DNA of 64,000 nt from an uncultured Gammaproteobacteria bacterium (GTDB taxonomy: Bacteria > Pseudomonadota > Gammaproteobacteria > Steroidobacterales > UBA11654): contig CALMWC010000003.1 in NCBI GenBank assembly GCA_937801655.1, positions 2,574 to 66,573 on the forward strand. Reading direction: 5' to 3'. Shown here piece after piece: positions 38,668-48,892 of this stretch. The position numbers were made by a program, and so were the translations under genes. Below the pieces are notes generated by a model. The model ran no database searches. It saw only the letters and a program-made list of their open reading frames with translations, and was not told where the DNA came from. Within the stretch, counting starts at the first letter, position 1; each line of letters begins with the position of its first letter.

Positions 38668-40329
38668 TTAACTCCTGGTGAATTCCCCCGCTTTTAGTTT
38701 TTGTATGTACTCTTTATAAGATGACATAGCTTGATAACCGAACAACCATATAATAGGAAGGTTGGCTATAATACAAAAACCGGTTCCAAGATTAGCAAAC
38801 ATATTTAGTTCAGCATCAGTCTGAATAAACCCTGTGGTTGATAGAACAACAAGGATGCAAAACATAATTTTATAGAGAAAGACTCCTTTTTCTCCCATTA
38901 AATAAACAACTCCTTTTTCTCCATAATAGCTCCATGAAATCATGGTTGAGATAGCAAACAACCAAGAAGCCAGTGTAACAAGCCATTTACCTAGGCCAGG
39001 TAATACTTTATCAAAAGCTGCAGCCGTTAGTGTTGCACCGACATAGTCTAGGTAGATCCCATTATCATTATTGACAGGTCTACTGCTACTTTCTATAGGA
39101 TTCCATGAAATAGAATTTACACCTTTAGTTTGCAAAACCGTTCCATAAACTTTCTGTAGTTTGTTCCCAGTTTCAGGATTAAGGTTTCCTTCATAGACAA
39201 AAAATACTCTCTGGCCATTTTGCAATGAGTCCATGGCAGATCCATTGCTCTCGAGTGACCATACATTTTCTGAGGTTTGGGTAAATGTGGCTTGATCCAG
39301 GATGATTTCAGCTGGCCTATTCCATATACCTGTAACCAGAATGACTAAAGCACTCATAGTGCAGACCACAATAGTATCGATAAATGGCTCTAGACCGGCA
39401 ACCACACCTTCTCTGATTGGTTCATCGGTTTTAGCAGCGGAGTGGGCAATAGCCGAAGAGCCCTGGCCTGCTTCATTTGAGAACAAAGCTCTTTGCATGC
39501 CATACATAAATGCATAACCAGCAGTACCCCCAATAAAAGCATTGCTAGCCTCTAGTGGTTCAAATGCTGAAGTGACTATTAAGGCCAACATACTTGGTAT
39601 TTGACCCAGATTGACTGAGAGTACAAAGATGCATGCTAAAACATATAATACAAGCATAAATGGAACCAATTTTGATGCCACAGCACCAATCCTTTTAATA
39701 CCGCCAATTATCACAGCACCGACTAAGATAGCTAAGATAAACCCTGTAACAATTGTAGGAACACCAAAATATGATTGAGTTAAGTTGGCCACATTCCAGG
39801 CTTGAAACATATTGCCAGCAGTTATTGTGTTCAGTATTAATGCAGTACAAAAAATTCCAGCAATTAATTTACCAAAAAAGACAATGATAGATGACTTACC
39901 AATCAGGTTTCTTTCTACTACCCACATTGGCCCTCCATTGGGATTATCCTTATTCGAAGTATCTCTATGAATCATAGCTAATGACACTTCTGTCAATTTG
40001 ATAGCCATACCAAGGAAGCCAACAACCCACATCCAAAAAACTGCTCCAGGACCACCTAAAGAAATTGCAAGGGCTACGCCACCAATATTACCCAATCCCA
40101 CCGTTGCTGATAATGCGGTTGAGAGTGCCTGAAAGTGGGAAATTGCTCCTGGATCATCTGCTTTATCATAATCTCCTCTGATTACTTTCACTCCATGTGT
40201 AAGTGCATAGTATTGTGAAAATCCACTCCATAAAGTAAAAACCACTCCAGTTAATAGAAGAGCATAAAGAGTATAATCATTCCATAGGATAGAATTGATG
40301 GTTGTTATAATTAAGTTGAATTCATTCAT
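38668..40329 (-). CDS. Alanine/glycine:cation symporter (AGCS) family transporter
   Basis: 553 aa. Motifs: GAISHFQALSTALSATVGLGNIGGVALAISLGGPGAVFWMW, SNEAGQGSSAIAHSAA, ISWSYYGE. Confidence 0.85.
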   Translation of the reverse strand: MNEFNLIITTINSILWNDYTLYALLLTGVVFTLWSGFSQYYALTHGVKVIRGDYDKADDPGAISHFQALSTALSATVGLGNIGGVALAISLGGPGAVFWMWVVGFLGMAIKLTEVSLAMIHRDTSNKDNPNGGPMWVVERNLIGKSSIIVFFGKLIAGIFCTALILNTITAGNMFQAWNVANLTQSYFGVPTIVTGFILAILVGAVIIGGIKRIGAVASKLVPFMLVLYVLACIFVLSVNLGQIPSMLALIVTSAFEPLEASNAFIGGTAGYAFMYGMQRALFSNEAGQGSSAIAHSAAKTDEPIREGVVAGLEPFIDTIVVCTMSALVILVTGIWNRPAEIILDQATFTQTSENVWSLESNGSAMDSLQNGQRVFFVYEGNLNPETGNKLQKVYGTVLQTKGVNSISWNPIESSSRPVNNDNGIYLDYVGATLTAAAFDKVLPGLGKWLVTLASWLFAISTMISWSYYGEKGVVYLMGEKGVFLYKIMFCILVVLSTTGFIQTDAELNMFANLGTGFCIIANLPIIWLFGYQAMSSYKEYIQKLKAGEFTRS

Positions 40330-40504
40330 TTGATTCCTTGTTAGAACACCCTAAAAAATATTTTCTCTCCATATAATACATAGCTTAGAGAAAAAATATT
40401 CAAAAAATGATATGATGGTTTTTGTTGTTCTTGATATGCAATTTATTTTCTGAATTGTTGATTCTCGATTTTTTCAAAAGAACTCTTAAAAAGCTAAATT
40501 ATCT

Positions 40505-43500
40505 ATGTATTTGAAGCCAAAAAATAAGGTTGGACTTTATGACTCTCAGTTTGAGAAAGATAACTGTGGCTTAGGTTTTGTTGCCAATATAGAGGGTCAT
40601 CAAAGCAGAGGCATTGTCACAGATGCTCTGACTGTTCTAGAGAATATGGATCATAGAGGGGCAAGAGGAGCTGAAAAAAATACTGGAGATGGTGCAGGAA
40701 TATTAACTGGTATGCCTTTGTCTTTCTTACAAAATATACTCAAGAATGATTTTAATATTGAGACAACAGAGCCTCATTTATATGCGACTGGTATTATTTT
40801 TCTTCCCCAGGATCAAGATGAAAGAGATTATTGTAAGAAAAAAATAGAACAGAAATGTAACGAATATAATCTAAAAATTATAGGCTGGAGAAATGTCCCT
40901 TTGAATACTAAAGGTGCTGATTTAGGAGATTCAGCAATTGCAGCAATGCCTAATATAGAGCAACTACTACTAAATAATAGTCAAGGTATTAACCAACAGG
41001 ATTTTGAACGCAAGCTCTATTTGGTTAGAAAAAATACCAGCAATCAATTGAGGATGAATCCAGATCTAAAAGAGTCAGACCTTTTTTATATTTGTAGTCT
41101 TTCATCTAAAACAATTGTTTATAAAGGCATGCTGACTTGTGATCAACTCTCGAAATTTTATTTGGATTTACAAGATGATGATTATCAATCTCATTTTGGT
41201 ATGGTTCATTCGCGTTTTTCCACCAATACTTTTCCTAGTTGGGACAGAGCTATGCCCAATAGGTTGATTTCCCATAATGGTGAGATCAACACGATTAAAG
41301 GTAATAATAATTGGATGAAAGCAAGGGAAGGCAATATTACATCTAAAATTTTCGGCAAACGTACTACTGATCTTTTCCCTATAATAGAACCCAACTGTTC
41401 AGACTCTGGTAATTTTGATAATGCTCTTGAATTTCTATATATGAATGGGAGAAGCATTGAAGAATCAATCCTGATGATGATTCCTGAAGCCTGGCAAAAA
41501 AAGAAAACATTAACCGATGAAAGAAAGGCTTATTATGAGTATCAATCTACCTTGATGGAGCCTTGGGATGGACCTGCCTGTATAACTTTTACCAATGGAG
41601 ATGTTATTGGATCTATCCTTGATAGAAATGGCCTTAGGCCTAGTAGATATTATATTACTAAGGATCAAAAAGTCATTATGGCTAGTGAGGTAGGTGTTTT
41701 ACCAATACCTGAGGATGAAGTCCTAGTTAAGGGTAGATTAGAGCCGGGCAAAATCTTTTTAATTGACTTTAAAAAAGGCGTGGTTCTTTCAGATGAAGAG
41801 GTAAAAAACCCACTTATTACAAAACATCCTTATAGGGATTGGCTTGTTCAAAATCGACTTATTTTTAGAAATATTAAAACTAGTAGAATACCCGGAAGAT
41901 ATTCTCAAGAAGAACTACTGCAAAGAATGCGAGCATTTGGGTATACCTCTGAAACTCTTGAGTTTATTCTCTTACCTATGGTGCATGATCTAAGAGATCC
42001 ATTGGGTTCGATGGGGAATGATTCTGCTCTTGCTGTTTTAAGCGATAAACCAAGGCTACTTTTTGATTACTTCAAACAATTGTTTGCTCAGGTATCCAAT
42101 CCCGCTATTGATTCGATTAGAGAAAAAATCATAATGTCTTTAGAGTGTTATATTGGCCCTGAAAGAAATTTAGTGGAGCCGACCCAAGAGCATGCAGCCA
42201 GATTACTGGTAGAAAACCCGATACTAACTGATACTGCCCTTGCTGCAATTAAACATCTTAATTACGCTGGCCAAAGATCAAAAACACTTGATATTACTTT
42301 CGATGCTTCTGAAGGTTCTAAAGAGTCGCTACAAATAAGGATTAAACAATTATGTAGTGAGGCTGAAAAAGCAGTTGATGAGGGTTTCAGTTTTATAGTT
42401 TTATCAGATCGAATGGCTAAGAATGATAGGGCTCCAATGTCTATACTAATGGCTTGTGGAGCAGTGCATCATCATTTGGTTAAGATTGCTAAGAGAACTC
42501 AAGTAGGTATTGTTGTTGAATCAGCTGAAGCTAGAGAAGTTCATCATTTCTGCCTGTTATTTGGTTATGGTGCAGATGCAATTAATCCTTATCTAGCATT
42601 TGGAGCAATATTACAAGCAAGAGATGATGGATTGATAGCGCACTCACACCATCATCGAGGGCCTGAAAACAGAATACCTCTGACAGATGATATTGAGCTT
42701 ATTGATGCGTATAGACAGGCTGCTGTTAAGGGAATACTAAAGGTTATGGGAAAAATGGGAATTTCAACCCTACAGTCTTATAAAGGTGCACAGATCTTTG
42801 AAGCTGTCGGGTTAGCCAATAATGTGATCGAACTCTGCTTTAATGGAACTGCTTCGAGGGTTTCAGGTTCTGGGTTCAATATTTTAAAAGATGAGGCCAT
42901 TAGAAGGCATAAGTTAGGGTTTTCAAATAATAAGAATTTAATTAGTAAAAGCTTACCTAATCCAGGAGAGTATCATTGGAGAAGTAAGGGAGAGAAAAAA
43001 GCTTGGAACCCAGAAGCTGTATGGTCCCTTCAATATGCAGCTAGGATGAATGATCAGTCTGCCTATAAAAAATTTGCAAGCATAGCTAATACACAAGCTG
43101 AAGAATCTTTGAGTCTTAGGGGTTTGTTGAGTTTTCAAGTAATTGCAAAAGATCAACAAATTGACATCTCAGAAGTTGAGCCAGCGAGTTCAATTGTTAA
43201 ACGTTTTAATACAGGCGCTATGAGCTTTGGCTCCATATCTTCAGAGGCACATGAAACCTTAGCCATTGCAATGAATCGAATTGGTGGAAAAAGCAATAGT
43301 GGTGAAGGAGGAGAAGATCCCAGTCGATTTCAACCACTAAGCAATGGGGATTCCAAATCGTCTGCGATCAAACAAATTGCTTCTGGACGATTTGGTGTGA
43401 CGGCCTCTTATATTGCTAACGCTAAGCAGTTACAAATAAAGATCGCACAAGGTGCTAAACCAGGGGAAGGGGGCGAATTACCAGGAAGGAAAGTGGATGA

Positions 43501-45136
43501 AAAGATTGCCTCAATAAGATACTCCACTCCTGGCGTGGGCTTAATCAGCCCTCCTCCACATCATGATATTTATTCAATTGAAGATTTATCGCAATTAATA
43601 TTTGATTTGAAAAATGCTAACCGAAAAGCTGAGGTGAGTGTCAAATTAGTATCCGAGGTCGGTATCGGCACTATTGCAGCAGGTGTTGTAAAAGCGCATG
43701 CAGATCATATAGTTGTTTCAGGTGACGTTGGTGGCACAGGGGCCTCTCCACTTACAAGCATAAAGAATGCAGGATTACCTTGGGAATTAGGTGTAGCAGA
43801 AGTTCACCAAACTCTTGTGTTAAATAATCTTAGAAGTCGTGTCAAAATTCAAACTGATGGCGGTCTTAAAACAGGTAGAGATATAATTATTGCTGCATTA
43901 TTAGGAGCGGAAGAAATGGGATTTTCTACTGCACCCTTAATTACCATGGGTTGTATCATGATGAGAAAATGCCACCTTAACACTTGCCCTGTGGGCATTG
44001 CTACACAGGATAAAATTCTTAGAGAAAAATTTACAGGACAGCCCGAGCATATAATTAATTATTTATTTATGGTTGCTGAAGAAGCCCGAGAGATTATGGC
44101 AACACTAGGAATTAAAACTTTTGATGAATTAGTCGGAAGAGTTGATTTATTGGAGTCTAATACTGCGATTGGTCACTGGAAGGGAAGTCACCTTGATCTT
44201 AGTCTCCTGCTTCAGAAAGCCACAGATTTAAGGCCCAATGCAGGTGTCATTAAAACAATAGAGCAGGATCATAATATTAAAAATGTGTTGGATCGTCATT
44301 TAATTAGATCCTCTAAAGCTTCCATTAAGTCTAAGGAAAAAATAGAAATATCACTTCCTATTACAAACCAAAATAGAGCAACAGGTGCAATGTTAAGCAA
44401 TGAGGTTGTTAAGGCATGGGGCGAAGAAGCATTACCAAACGATACTATTAATGTTCATTTTCAAGGCTCAGCAGGACAAAGCTTTGGTGCTTTCTTGTCA
44501 CGAGGGATCAGTTTTAATTTAAAAGGGGACTCAAATGATTATGTTGGTAAAGGGTTATCAGGAGGAAAAATAATTGTTACTCCACCCATAGAAAGTGTAT
44601 TTAAGGCAGAGAATAATATCATCATTGGCAATGTTGCATTGTATGGAGCAACTTCTGGGATTGGTTTTTTTAGAGGCAGGGCGGCAGAAAGGTTTTGTGT
44701 TAGAAACAGTGGAGCTAGAGCTGTAGTTGAAGGGGTAGGCGACCATGCTTGCGAATATATGACGGGAGGACGCGTGGTTATTCTTGGACCAACAGGAGTT
44801 AATTTTGGTGCTGGAATGTCAGGTGGTATTGCCTATGTTTATGATCCGGATAATAATTTTGAATCAAATTGTAATAGTGGCATGGTTGGATTAGAAGCAG
44901 TTGAAGACAAAGAAAGTATTGCAGAGCTTTTAAGGCTGATCGAACTACATTATCGTTATACCTCTTCAGAAATTGCAGAAAATATACTCAATGAATGGCC
45001 AAGTGTTTTATCTCACTTTGTAAAAGTTATGCCAACGGATTATAAGAGAGTGTTACAAGAAAGAACTGAGCACAATGAAGAGATAGAATCCACTTTTGAC
45101 ATTGAAGATCGAAAGTCGAAAAGGCGGGGAAGTTAA
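40505..45136 (+). CDS. gltB: Glutamate synthase large subunit
   Basis: 1543 aa. It has the N-terminal amidotransferase Cys (DNCGLGFVA), an FMN/3Fe-4S region (CHLNTCPVGIATQD) and a C-terminal GXGXG domain. Confidence 0.95.
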   Translation: MYLKPKNKVGLYDSQFEKDNCGLGFVANIEGHQSRGIVTDALTVLENMDHRGARGAEKNTGDGAGILTGMPLSFLQNILKNDFNIETTEPHLYATGIIFLPQDQDERDYCKKKIEQKCNEYNLKIIGWRNVPLNTKGADLGDSAIAAMPNIEQLLLNNSQGINQQDFERKLYLVRKNTSNQLRMNPDLKESDLFYICSLSSKTIVYKGMLTCDQLSKFYLDLQDDDYQSHFGMVHSRFSTNTFPSWDRAMPNRLISHNGEINTIKGNNNWMKAREGNITSKIFGKRTTDLFPIIEPNCSDSGNFDNALEFLYMNGRSIEESILMMIPEAWQKKKTLTDERKAYYEYQSTLMEPWDGPACITFTNGDVIGSILDRNGLRPSRYYITKDQKVIMASEVGVLPIPEDEVLVKGRLEPGKIFLIDFKKGVVLSDEEVKNPLITKHPYRDWLVQNRLIFRNIKTSRIPGRYSQEELLQRMRAFGYTSETLEFILLPMVHDLRDPLGSMGNDSALAVLSDKPRLLFDYFKQLFAQVSNPAIDSIREKIIMSLECYIGPERNLVEPTQEHAARLLVENPILTDTALAAIKHLNYAGQRSKTLDITFDASEGSKESLQIRIKQLCSEAEKAVDEGFSFIVLSDRMAKNDRAPMSILMACGAVHHHLVKIAKRTQVGIVVESAEAREVHHFCLLFGYGADAINPYLAFGAILQARDDGLIAHSHHHRGPENRIPLTDDIELIDAYRQAAVKGILKVMGKMGISTLQSYKGAQIFEAVGLANNVIELCFNGTASRVSGSGFNILKDEAIRRHKLGFSNNKNLISKSLPNPGEYHWRSKGEKKAWNPEAVWSLQYAARMNDQSAYKKFASIANTQAEESLSLRGLLSFQVIAKDQQIDISEVEPASSIVKRFNTGAMSFGSISSEAHETLAIAMNRIGGKSNSGEGGEDPSRFQPLSNGDSKSSAIKQIASGRFGVTASYIANAKQLQIKIAQGAKPGEGGELPGRKVDEKIASIRYSTPGVGLISPPPHHDIYSIEDLSQLIFDLKNANRKAEVSVKLVSEVGIGTIAAGVVKAHADHIVVSGDVGGTGASPLTSIKNAGLPWELGVAEVHQTLVLNNLRSRVKIQTDGGLKTGRDIIIAALLGAEEMGFSTAPLITMGCIMMRKCHLNTCPVGIATQDKILREKFTGQPEHIINYLFMVAEEAREIMATLGIKTFDELVGRVDLLESNTAIGHWKGSHLDLSLLLQKATDLRPNAGVIKTIEQDHNIKNVLDRHLIRSSKASIKSKEKIEISLPITNQNRATGAMLSNEVVKAWGEEALPNDTINVHFQGSAGQSFGAFLSRGISFNLKGDSNDYVGKGLSGGKIIVTPPIESVFKAENNIIIGNVALYGATSGIGFFRGRAAERFCVRNSGARAVVEGVGDHACEYMTGGRVVILGPTGVNFGAGMSGGIAYVYDPDNNFESNCNSGMVGLEAVEDKESIAELLRLIELHYRYTSSEIAENILNEWPSVLSHFVKVMPTDYKRVLQERTEHNEEIESTFDIEDRKSKRRGS

Positions 45137-45137
45137 A

Positions 45138-46631
45138 ATGGGTAAACCTACAGGATTTATGGAGTTCCCAAGGCTGAAAAGACCTTGGCGAGATGCATCT
45201 GAGAGAAGTCTTGATTATTATGAAATTTATACCCCACCGAATAAAGATAAATTAAAACTACAAGGCGCTCGATGTATGAATTGTGGTATTCCTTTTTGTG
45301 AATCGGATCATGGATGCCCTATCGATAATTTAATTCCTGAGTGGAATGATATGGTATATAAGGGACGCTGGCGAGAAGCGTTGGAACGATTATCAAAAAC
45401 CAATAACTTTCCAGAATTCACGGGTCGGGTTTGCCCGGCTCCATGCGAAGGTGCCTGTGTTCTTGGTATTAATGAGCCAGCAGTAACCATCAAAGATATT
45501 GAAAATTCGATTGTCGATATTGGTTTTGAAGAAGGTTGGATCAAACCTAATATACCTGATAAGAGAACGGATAAATCTATTGCTATTATAGGTTCTGGTC
45601 CTGCGGGGCTAACTGCAGCAGATCAGCTCAATGGAGTTGGTCATTCAGTTACTGTATTTGAAAGAGAAGATCGCATTGGTGGTTTGCTTATGTATGGTAT
45701 TCCAAATATGAAGCTATCCAAGAGCGTGGTGAACAGGAGGGTAAGTCTCTTGAGAGATTCAGGCATTATTTTTAAGACCAATTCCAATATTGGTATTGAT
45801 ATAGAATCTGAGACAGTGCTGCAATCGTTTGATGCTGTATTAATTGCTACGGGATCTACCATACCGAGAGATTTAGTAATACCTGGAAGAGATAGTAAGA
45901 ACATTCATTTTGCTATGGATTTTCTAACACAAAACACCAAAAGTCTTTTAAATAGCTCTTTATCTGATGGTAACTATATTGATGCAAAAGATAAAAATGT
46001 AATTGTAATTGGAGGTGGCGATACGGGCACTGATTGCATTGCCACAGCTATTAGACATGGTTGCAAGAGTTTGATTAATTTAGAATTACTAGATGAATCT
46101 CCTATTGAAAGAGACTCTCTCAACCCATGGCCACTATGGCCTGTAATTCATAGGACTGATTATGGTCATGAAGAGGCTGTAAAACGGTTTGGTAATGATC
46201 CACGAGAATATGCAACCCTCAGCCAAGAATTTATTTTTGATACTAAGCATAATGTCACTGGTTTAAAAACGAATGAAGTAAAATGGCAAAAGAATAACGG
46301 AGGGTTTGAAATGAATGTTATTGAGGGTAAAGAAAAATTTTGGGAGGCAGACTTGGTGTTTCTAGCTCTTGGTTTTATTGGACCAGAGCAAACATTAATT
46401 AATCAAATGGGTATTAATATGGATGAGAAAGATAATATTTCAGCAACTCATGGCTCGTTTGAGACGAGTAAAAAAGGAGTTTTCTCGGCAGGAGACTGTA
46501 GACGAGGACAATCGCTCGTGGTTTGGGCTATGAATGAAGGCAGAGGCGCGGCTCTATCGATAGATCGCTATCTGCAAGGCTCCAGCAGCTTATCTGCTCC
46601 AATGATAAAGCTTGGCTCTGAAGAGAGTTAG
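45138..46631 (+). CDS. gltD: Glutamate synthase small subunit
   Basis: The ATG at 45138 ([10 protein letters not shown]...) follows the gltB stop by 1 nt. It has Fe-S Cys motifs ([18 protein letters not shown]) and dinucleotide folds ([20 protein letters not shown]). The listed start at 45096 overlaps gltB. Confidence 0.9.
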   Translation: MGKPTGFMEFPRLKRPWRDASERSLDYYEIYTPPNKDKLKLQGARCMNCGIPFCESDHGCPIDNLIPEWNDMVYKGRWREALERLSKTNNFPEFTGRVCPAPCEGACVLGINEPAVTIKDIENSIVDIGFEEGWIKPNIPDKRTDKSIAIIGSGPAGLTAADQLNGVGHSVTVFEREDRIGGLLMYGIPNMKLSKSVVNRRVSLLRDSGIIFKTNSNIGIDIESETVLQSFDAVLIATGSTIPRDLVIPGRDSKNIHFAMDFLTQNTKSLLNSSLSDGNYIDAKDKNVIVIGGGDTGTDCIATAIRHGCKSLINLELLDESPIERDSLNPWPLWPVIHRTDYGHEEAVKRFGNDPREYATLSQEFIFDTKHNVTGLKTNEVKWQKNNGGFEMNVIEGKEKFWEADLVFLALGFIGPEQTLINQMGINMDEKDNISATHGSFETSKKGVFSAGDCRRGQSLVVWAMNEGRGAALSIDRYLQGSSSLSAPMIKLGSEES

Positions 46632-46635
46632 AACG

Positions 46636-47313
46636 TTAAAGGAGCTGAAAGGTAAATTTTTGTATCTTATGTCCTAACTTTAATCCTCTTTTCTCAAACT
46701 TTGTTTCCAGATTAAGTCTTAGGTTATTGGTTTTCTTGAAAAGATTACTCTTATTAAACACATCAATAATTTGTTCTGCATAATCATCCCAATCAGTAGC
46801 GATATTGATACATCCATTTTTCTTTAATTTTTTTCCAATTAGAAGGATAAACTCTTGATTGATTAACCTCCTCTTATGATGCTTTTTTTTTGGCCAAGGA
46901 TCTGGAAAGAAAATATTAATTTGATCAATGGCTTGATCCTTAAAACTATGATTTAAAATATGTTTTGCATCTTCATTAATTAGCCTTACATTGCTCAATT
47001 TTTTTTCTGATAGTTGAATTAAACACTGTCCAATTCCTGACTCATACACTTCAATACCTATAAAATTATCATCTGGGTTTCTTAGGGCACTGTCGATTAA
47101 GATTTCTCCATTACCAAAACCAATTTCAATTATTAGTTTTCTATTGGAGTTATTAAAAATATTGGTTGTCTCAATAATTTCTTTTGTATTTTGAATTCCA
47201 TATAGTTCCCAATAGTATTGCCATGCATTTTTTTGCCCAGAAGTTATCCTCCCAGCTCTGCGGACGAAACTTGTGACTTCTCTTTTTTGTTTAAGCTTGT
47301 GTGAGGGTTTCAC
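46636..47313 (-). CDS. trmB: tRNA (guanine46-N7)-methyltransferase
   Basis: 225 aa. Motifs: SFVRRAGRITSGQ, IEIGFGNGE, IFFPDPWPKKKHHKRR. Confidence 0.85.
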   Translation of the reverse strand: MKPSHKLKQKREVTSFVRRAGRITSGQKNAWQYYWELYGIQNTKEIIETTNIFNNSNRKLIIEIGFGNGEILIDSALRNPDDNFIGIEVYESGIGQCLIQLSEKKLSNVRLINEDAKHILNHSFKDQAIDQINIFFPDPWPKKKHHKRRLINQEFILLIGKKLKKNGCINIATDWDDYAEQIIDVFNKSNLFKKTNNLRLNLETKFEKRGLKLGHKIQKFTFQLL

Positions 47314-48148
47314 GAAGCTTCATTATGGCATTTTCTTCTAACTGTCTTACTCTTTCCAAGGAAATGCTGTATTTTTGAGCCAACACTTTTAACGTTAGTT
47401 TTTCGTCATTCAACCATCGAGCAGTGATAATTTCTCTGCTTCTTTTATCCAACCCTTTCATAGCTTGTGTTAGTAGAGTTGTATTTTCTTCAAGCCAGTT
47501 ATGACTTTCAATCGCTTCAGCAGGATCAGAATTAGGTGCAGGAAGAAAGCCTGACGGAGCAGTGAAGTCGTCTTCAGTATCTTTGCCATCAAAAGCCATG
47601 TCTTTAGAGGCAAATCGTTGTTCCATAGTCGTGACTTCTTTTGGTTTTACCCCAAGATCTCTCGCAATAGACTCAGTTTCTTGCTTGGTTAACCAACCCA
47701 GATTCTTTTTGGATTTCCTTAAGTTAAAAAATAACTTTCTTTGTGCCTTGGTAGTCGCAACCTTGACCACTTTCCAATTACTAAAAATAAACTCATGCAT
47801 CTCTGCTCTTATCCAATGTACCGCATAAGTAACTAACCTAACTCCACGATCGGCATCAAATTTTTTCACCGCTTTCATAAGACCAATATTCCCTTCCTGT
47901 ATAAGATCAGCAAGCGATAAACCATAACCATTATAGCTTCTGGCAATATGCACTACAAAACGAAGTTGCGACATAATAAGTTTTCTTGCAGCGTCCAGAT
48001 CATTATGATTTTGGTATTGGTAAGCGAGCTCTCTTTCTTCATCTCTCGAGAGAAGTGGCGCTTGATTGACAATACTAATATAAGCTTCCAGGCTCCCCAT
48101 TGGGCCTGCTAGCATCAGTTCATTTTTTAATGTTAGTTCTGTTGTCAT
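47291..48148 (-). CDS. rpoH: RNA polymerase sigma-32 (heat-shock sigma factor)
   Basis: 285 aa with sigma-70 regions 2-4 (DLIQEGNIGLMKAVKKFD) and the RpoH box QRKLFFNLRK. Confidence 0.9.
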   Translation of the reverse strand: MTTELTLKNELMLAGPMGSLEAYISIVNQAPLLSRDEERELAYQYQNHNDLDAARKLIMSQLRFVVHIARSYNGYGLSLADLIQEGNIGLMKAVKKFDADRGVRLVTYAVHWIRAEMHEFIFSNWKVVKVATTKAQRKLFFNLRKSKKNLGWLTKQETESIARDLGVKPKEVTTMEQRFASKDMAFDGKDTEDDFTAPSGFLPAPNSDPAEAIESHNWLEENTTLLTQAMKGLDKRSREIITARWLNDEKLTLKVLAQKYSISLERVRQLEENAIMKLRETLTQA

Positions 48149-48167
48149 AATTTCTTAAAAAAGAGCA

Positions 48168-48204
48168 TAATTTTAGCACTCTATGCACTCGAGTGCTAAA
48201 ATTA
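48168..48204. promoter_or_regulatory. 14-bp perfect inverted repeat (9-nt spacer) in the rpoH leader/promoter region
   Basis: TAATTTTAGCACTC (48168-48181) is the exact reverse complement of GAGTGCTAAAATTA (48191-48204). On the rpoH strand it is followed by TGCTCTTTTTTAAGAAATT and then the ATG. Confidence 0.5.
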
Positions 48205-48311
48205 ATGAAAGAAAATGATAAAAACCATTATAAATCAATAGAATAGATGGTATATAAATACCAAAAATATTAGGGTATTTAGTATAAAAATGCGCTATAT
48301 AATAGAATGAT

Positions 48312-48872
48312 ATGAATACAAATAAAACAATTAGAATCATAGGGGGTTCGCTTAGAAATAGTAAGATTAAGGTAGTGGAAGAAGGCATTAAACCAACAAC
48401 AGATAGGATTCGAGTAACCCTTTTTAATTGGTTGCAGACAATTATTCCAAATACTAGAGTGTTAGATCTTTTTGCTGGGTCAGGTATTTTAGGTCTTGAA
48501 ACCTTATCCAGGGGCTCTAAAAGTGTTACATTCATTGAGAAGTCAAAAAAAGCTAGTATTGCATTAGCTCAACAATTAGAGAGATTTAAATTCAATAATT
48601 ATGAGAATATCCACATTGATGCAATTCAGTTTCTTGAGCAGGAAAATAAAGAAACCAGTTTTGATCTTATTTTTTTAGACCCACCTTATGGTGACTATTC
48701 AATTGATCAAATCCTAAATTTAATTCTTATGAATAATTGGATTTCAAAAAAAGGCTTTGTTTATTATGAGTCTAATATAGCTTTAGAGATAGGACTGGAT
48801 AGATCTTTATGGAACATATATAGAGAATCAAAAGCAGGAAAGGTATATTATTATCTTCTTTGTTGTAATTAG
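48312..48872 (+). CDS. rsmD: 16S rRNA (guanine966-N2)-methyltransferase
   Basis: 186 aa. Motifs: IRIIGGSLRNSKI, PTTDRIRVTLFNWL, VLDLFAGSGILGLETLSRG, IFLDPPY. Confidence 0.8.
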   Translation: MNTNKTIRIIGGSLRNSKIKVVEEGIKPTTDRIRVTLFNWLQTIIPNTRVLDLFAGSGILGLETLSRGSKSVTFIEKSKKASIALAQQLERFKFNNYENIHIDAIQFLEQENKETSFDLIFLDPPYGDYSIDQILNLILMNNWISKKGFVYYESNIALEIGLDRSLWNIYRESKAGKVYYYLLCCN

Positions 48873-48892
48873 TTATTAAAAGGGAGAGAGAG

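Noticed and set aside
40412-40453. 13-codon upstream ORF (MMVFVVLDMQFIF*) in the gltB leader.
   Set aside because: There is no convincing ribosome-binding site, no regulatory codon run (for example Gln/Glu) and no alternative hairpins that I could see. Short ORFs of this kind are expected by chance.
40330-40504. Looked for a glycine riboswitch upstream of the AGCS transporter, and for cobalamin or other riboswitches upstream of the TonB receptor (872-1017).
   Set aside because: The leaders are short and AT-rich. Apart from a GGAGAG word, they lack the conserved GC-rich cores (for example CACCGAAGGGGCAA for glycine, the B12 box for cobalamin).
45096-45137. N-terminal extensions implied by the ORF track: gltD from 45096, small secreted protein from 14408, rpmB from 52343, sensor kinase from 21320.
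   Set aside because: The extensions overlap the preceding gene and precede an internal ATG that gives the conserved family N-terminus (MGKPTGF.., signal peptide MKGIII.., [10 protein letters not shown]..). The internal starts were used.
48173-48535. 120-aa minus-strand ORF spanning the rpoH-rsmD spacer and the 5' part of rsmD.
   Set aside because: It overlaps the well-supported rsmD gene and runs through the inverted repeat. Its translation is hydrophobic low-complexity (..IVLFVFISFYYIAHFY..) with no family signal. More likely a by-product of AT-rich sequence than a gene.
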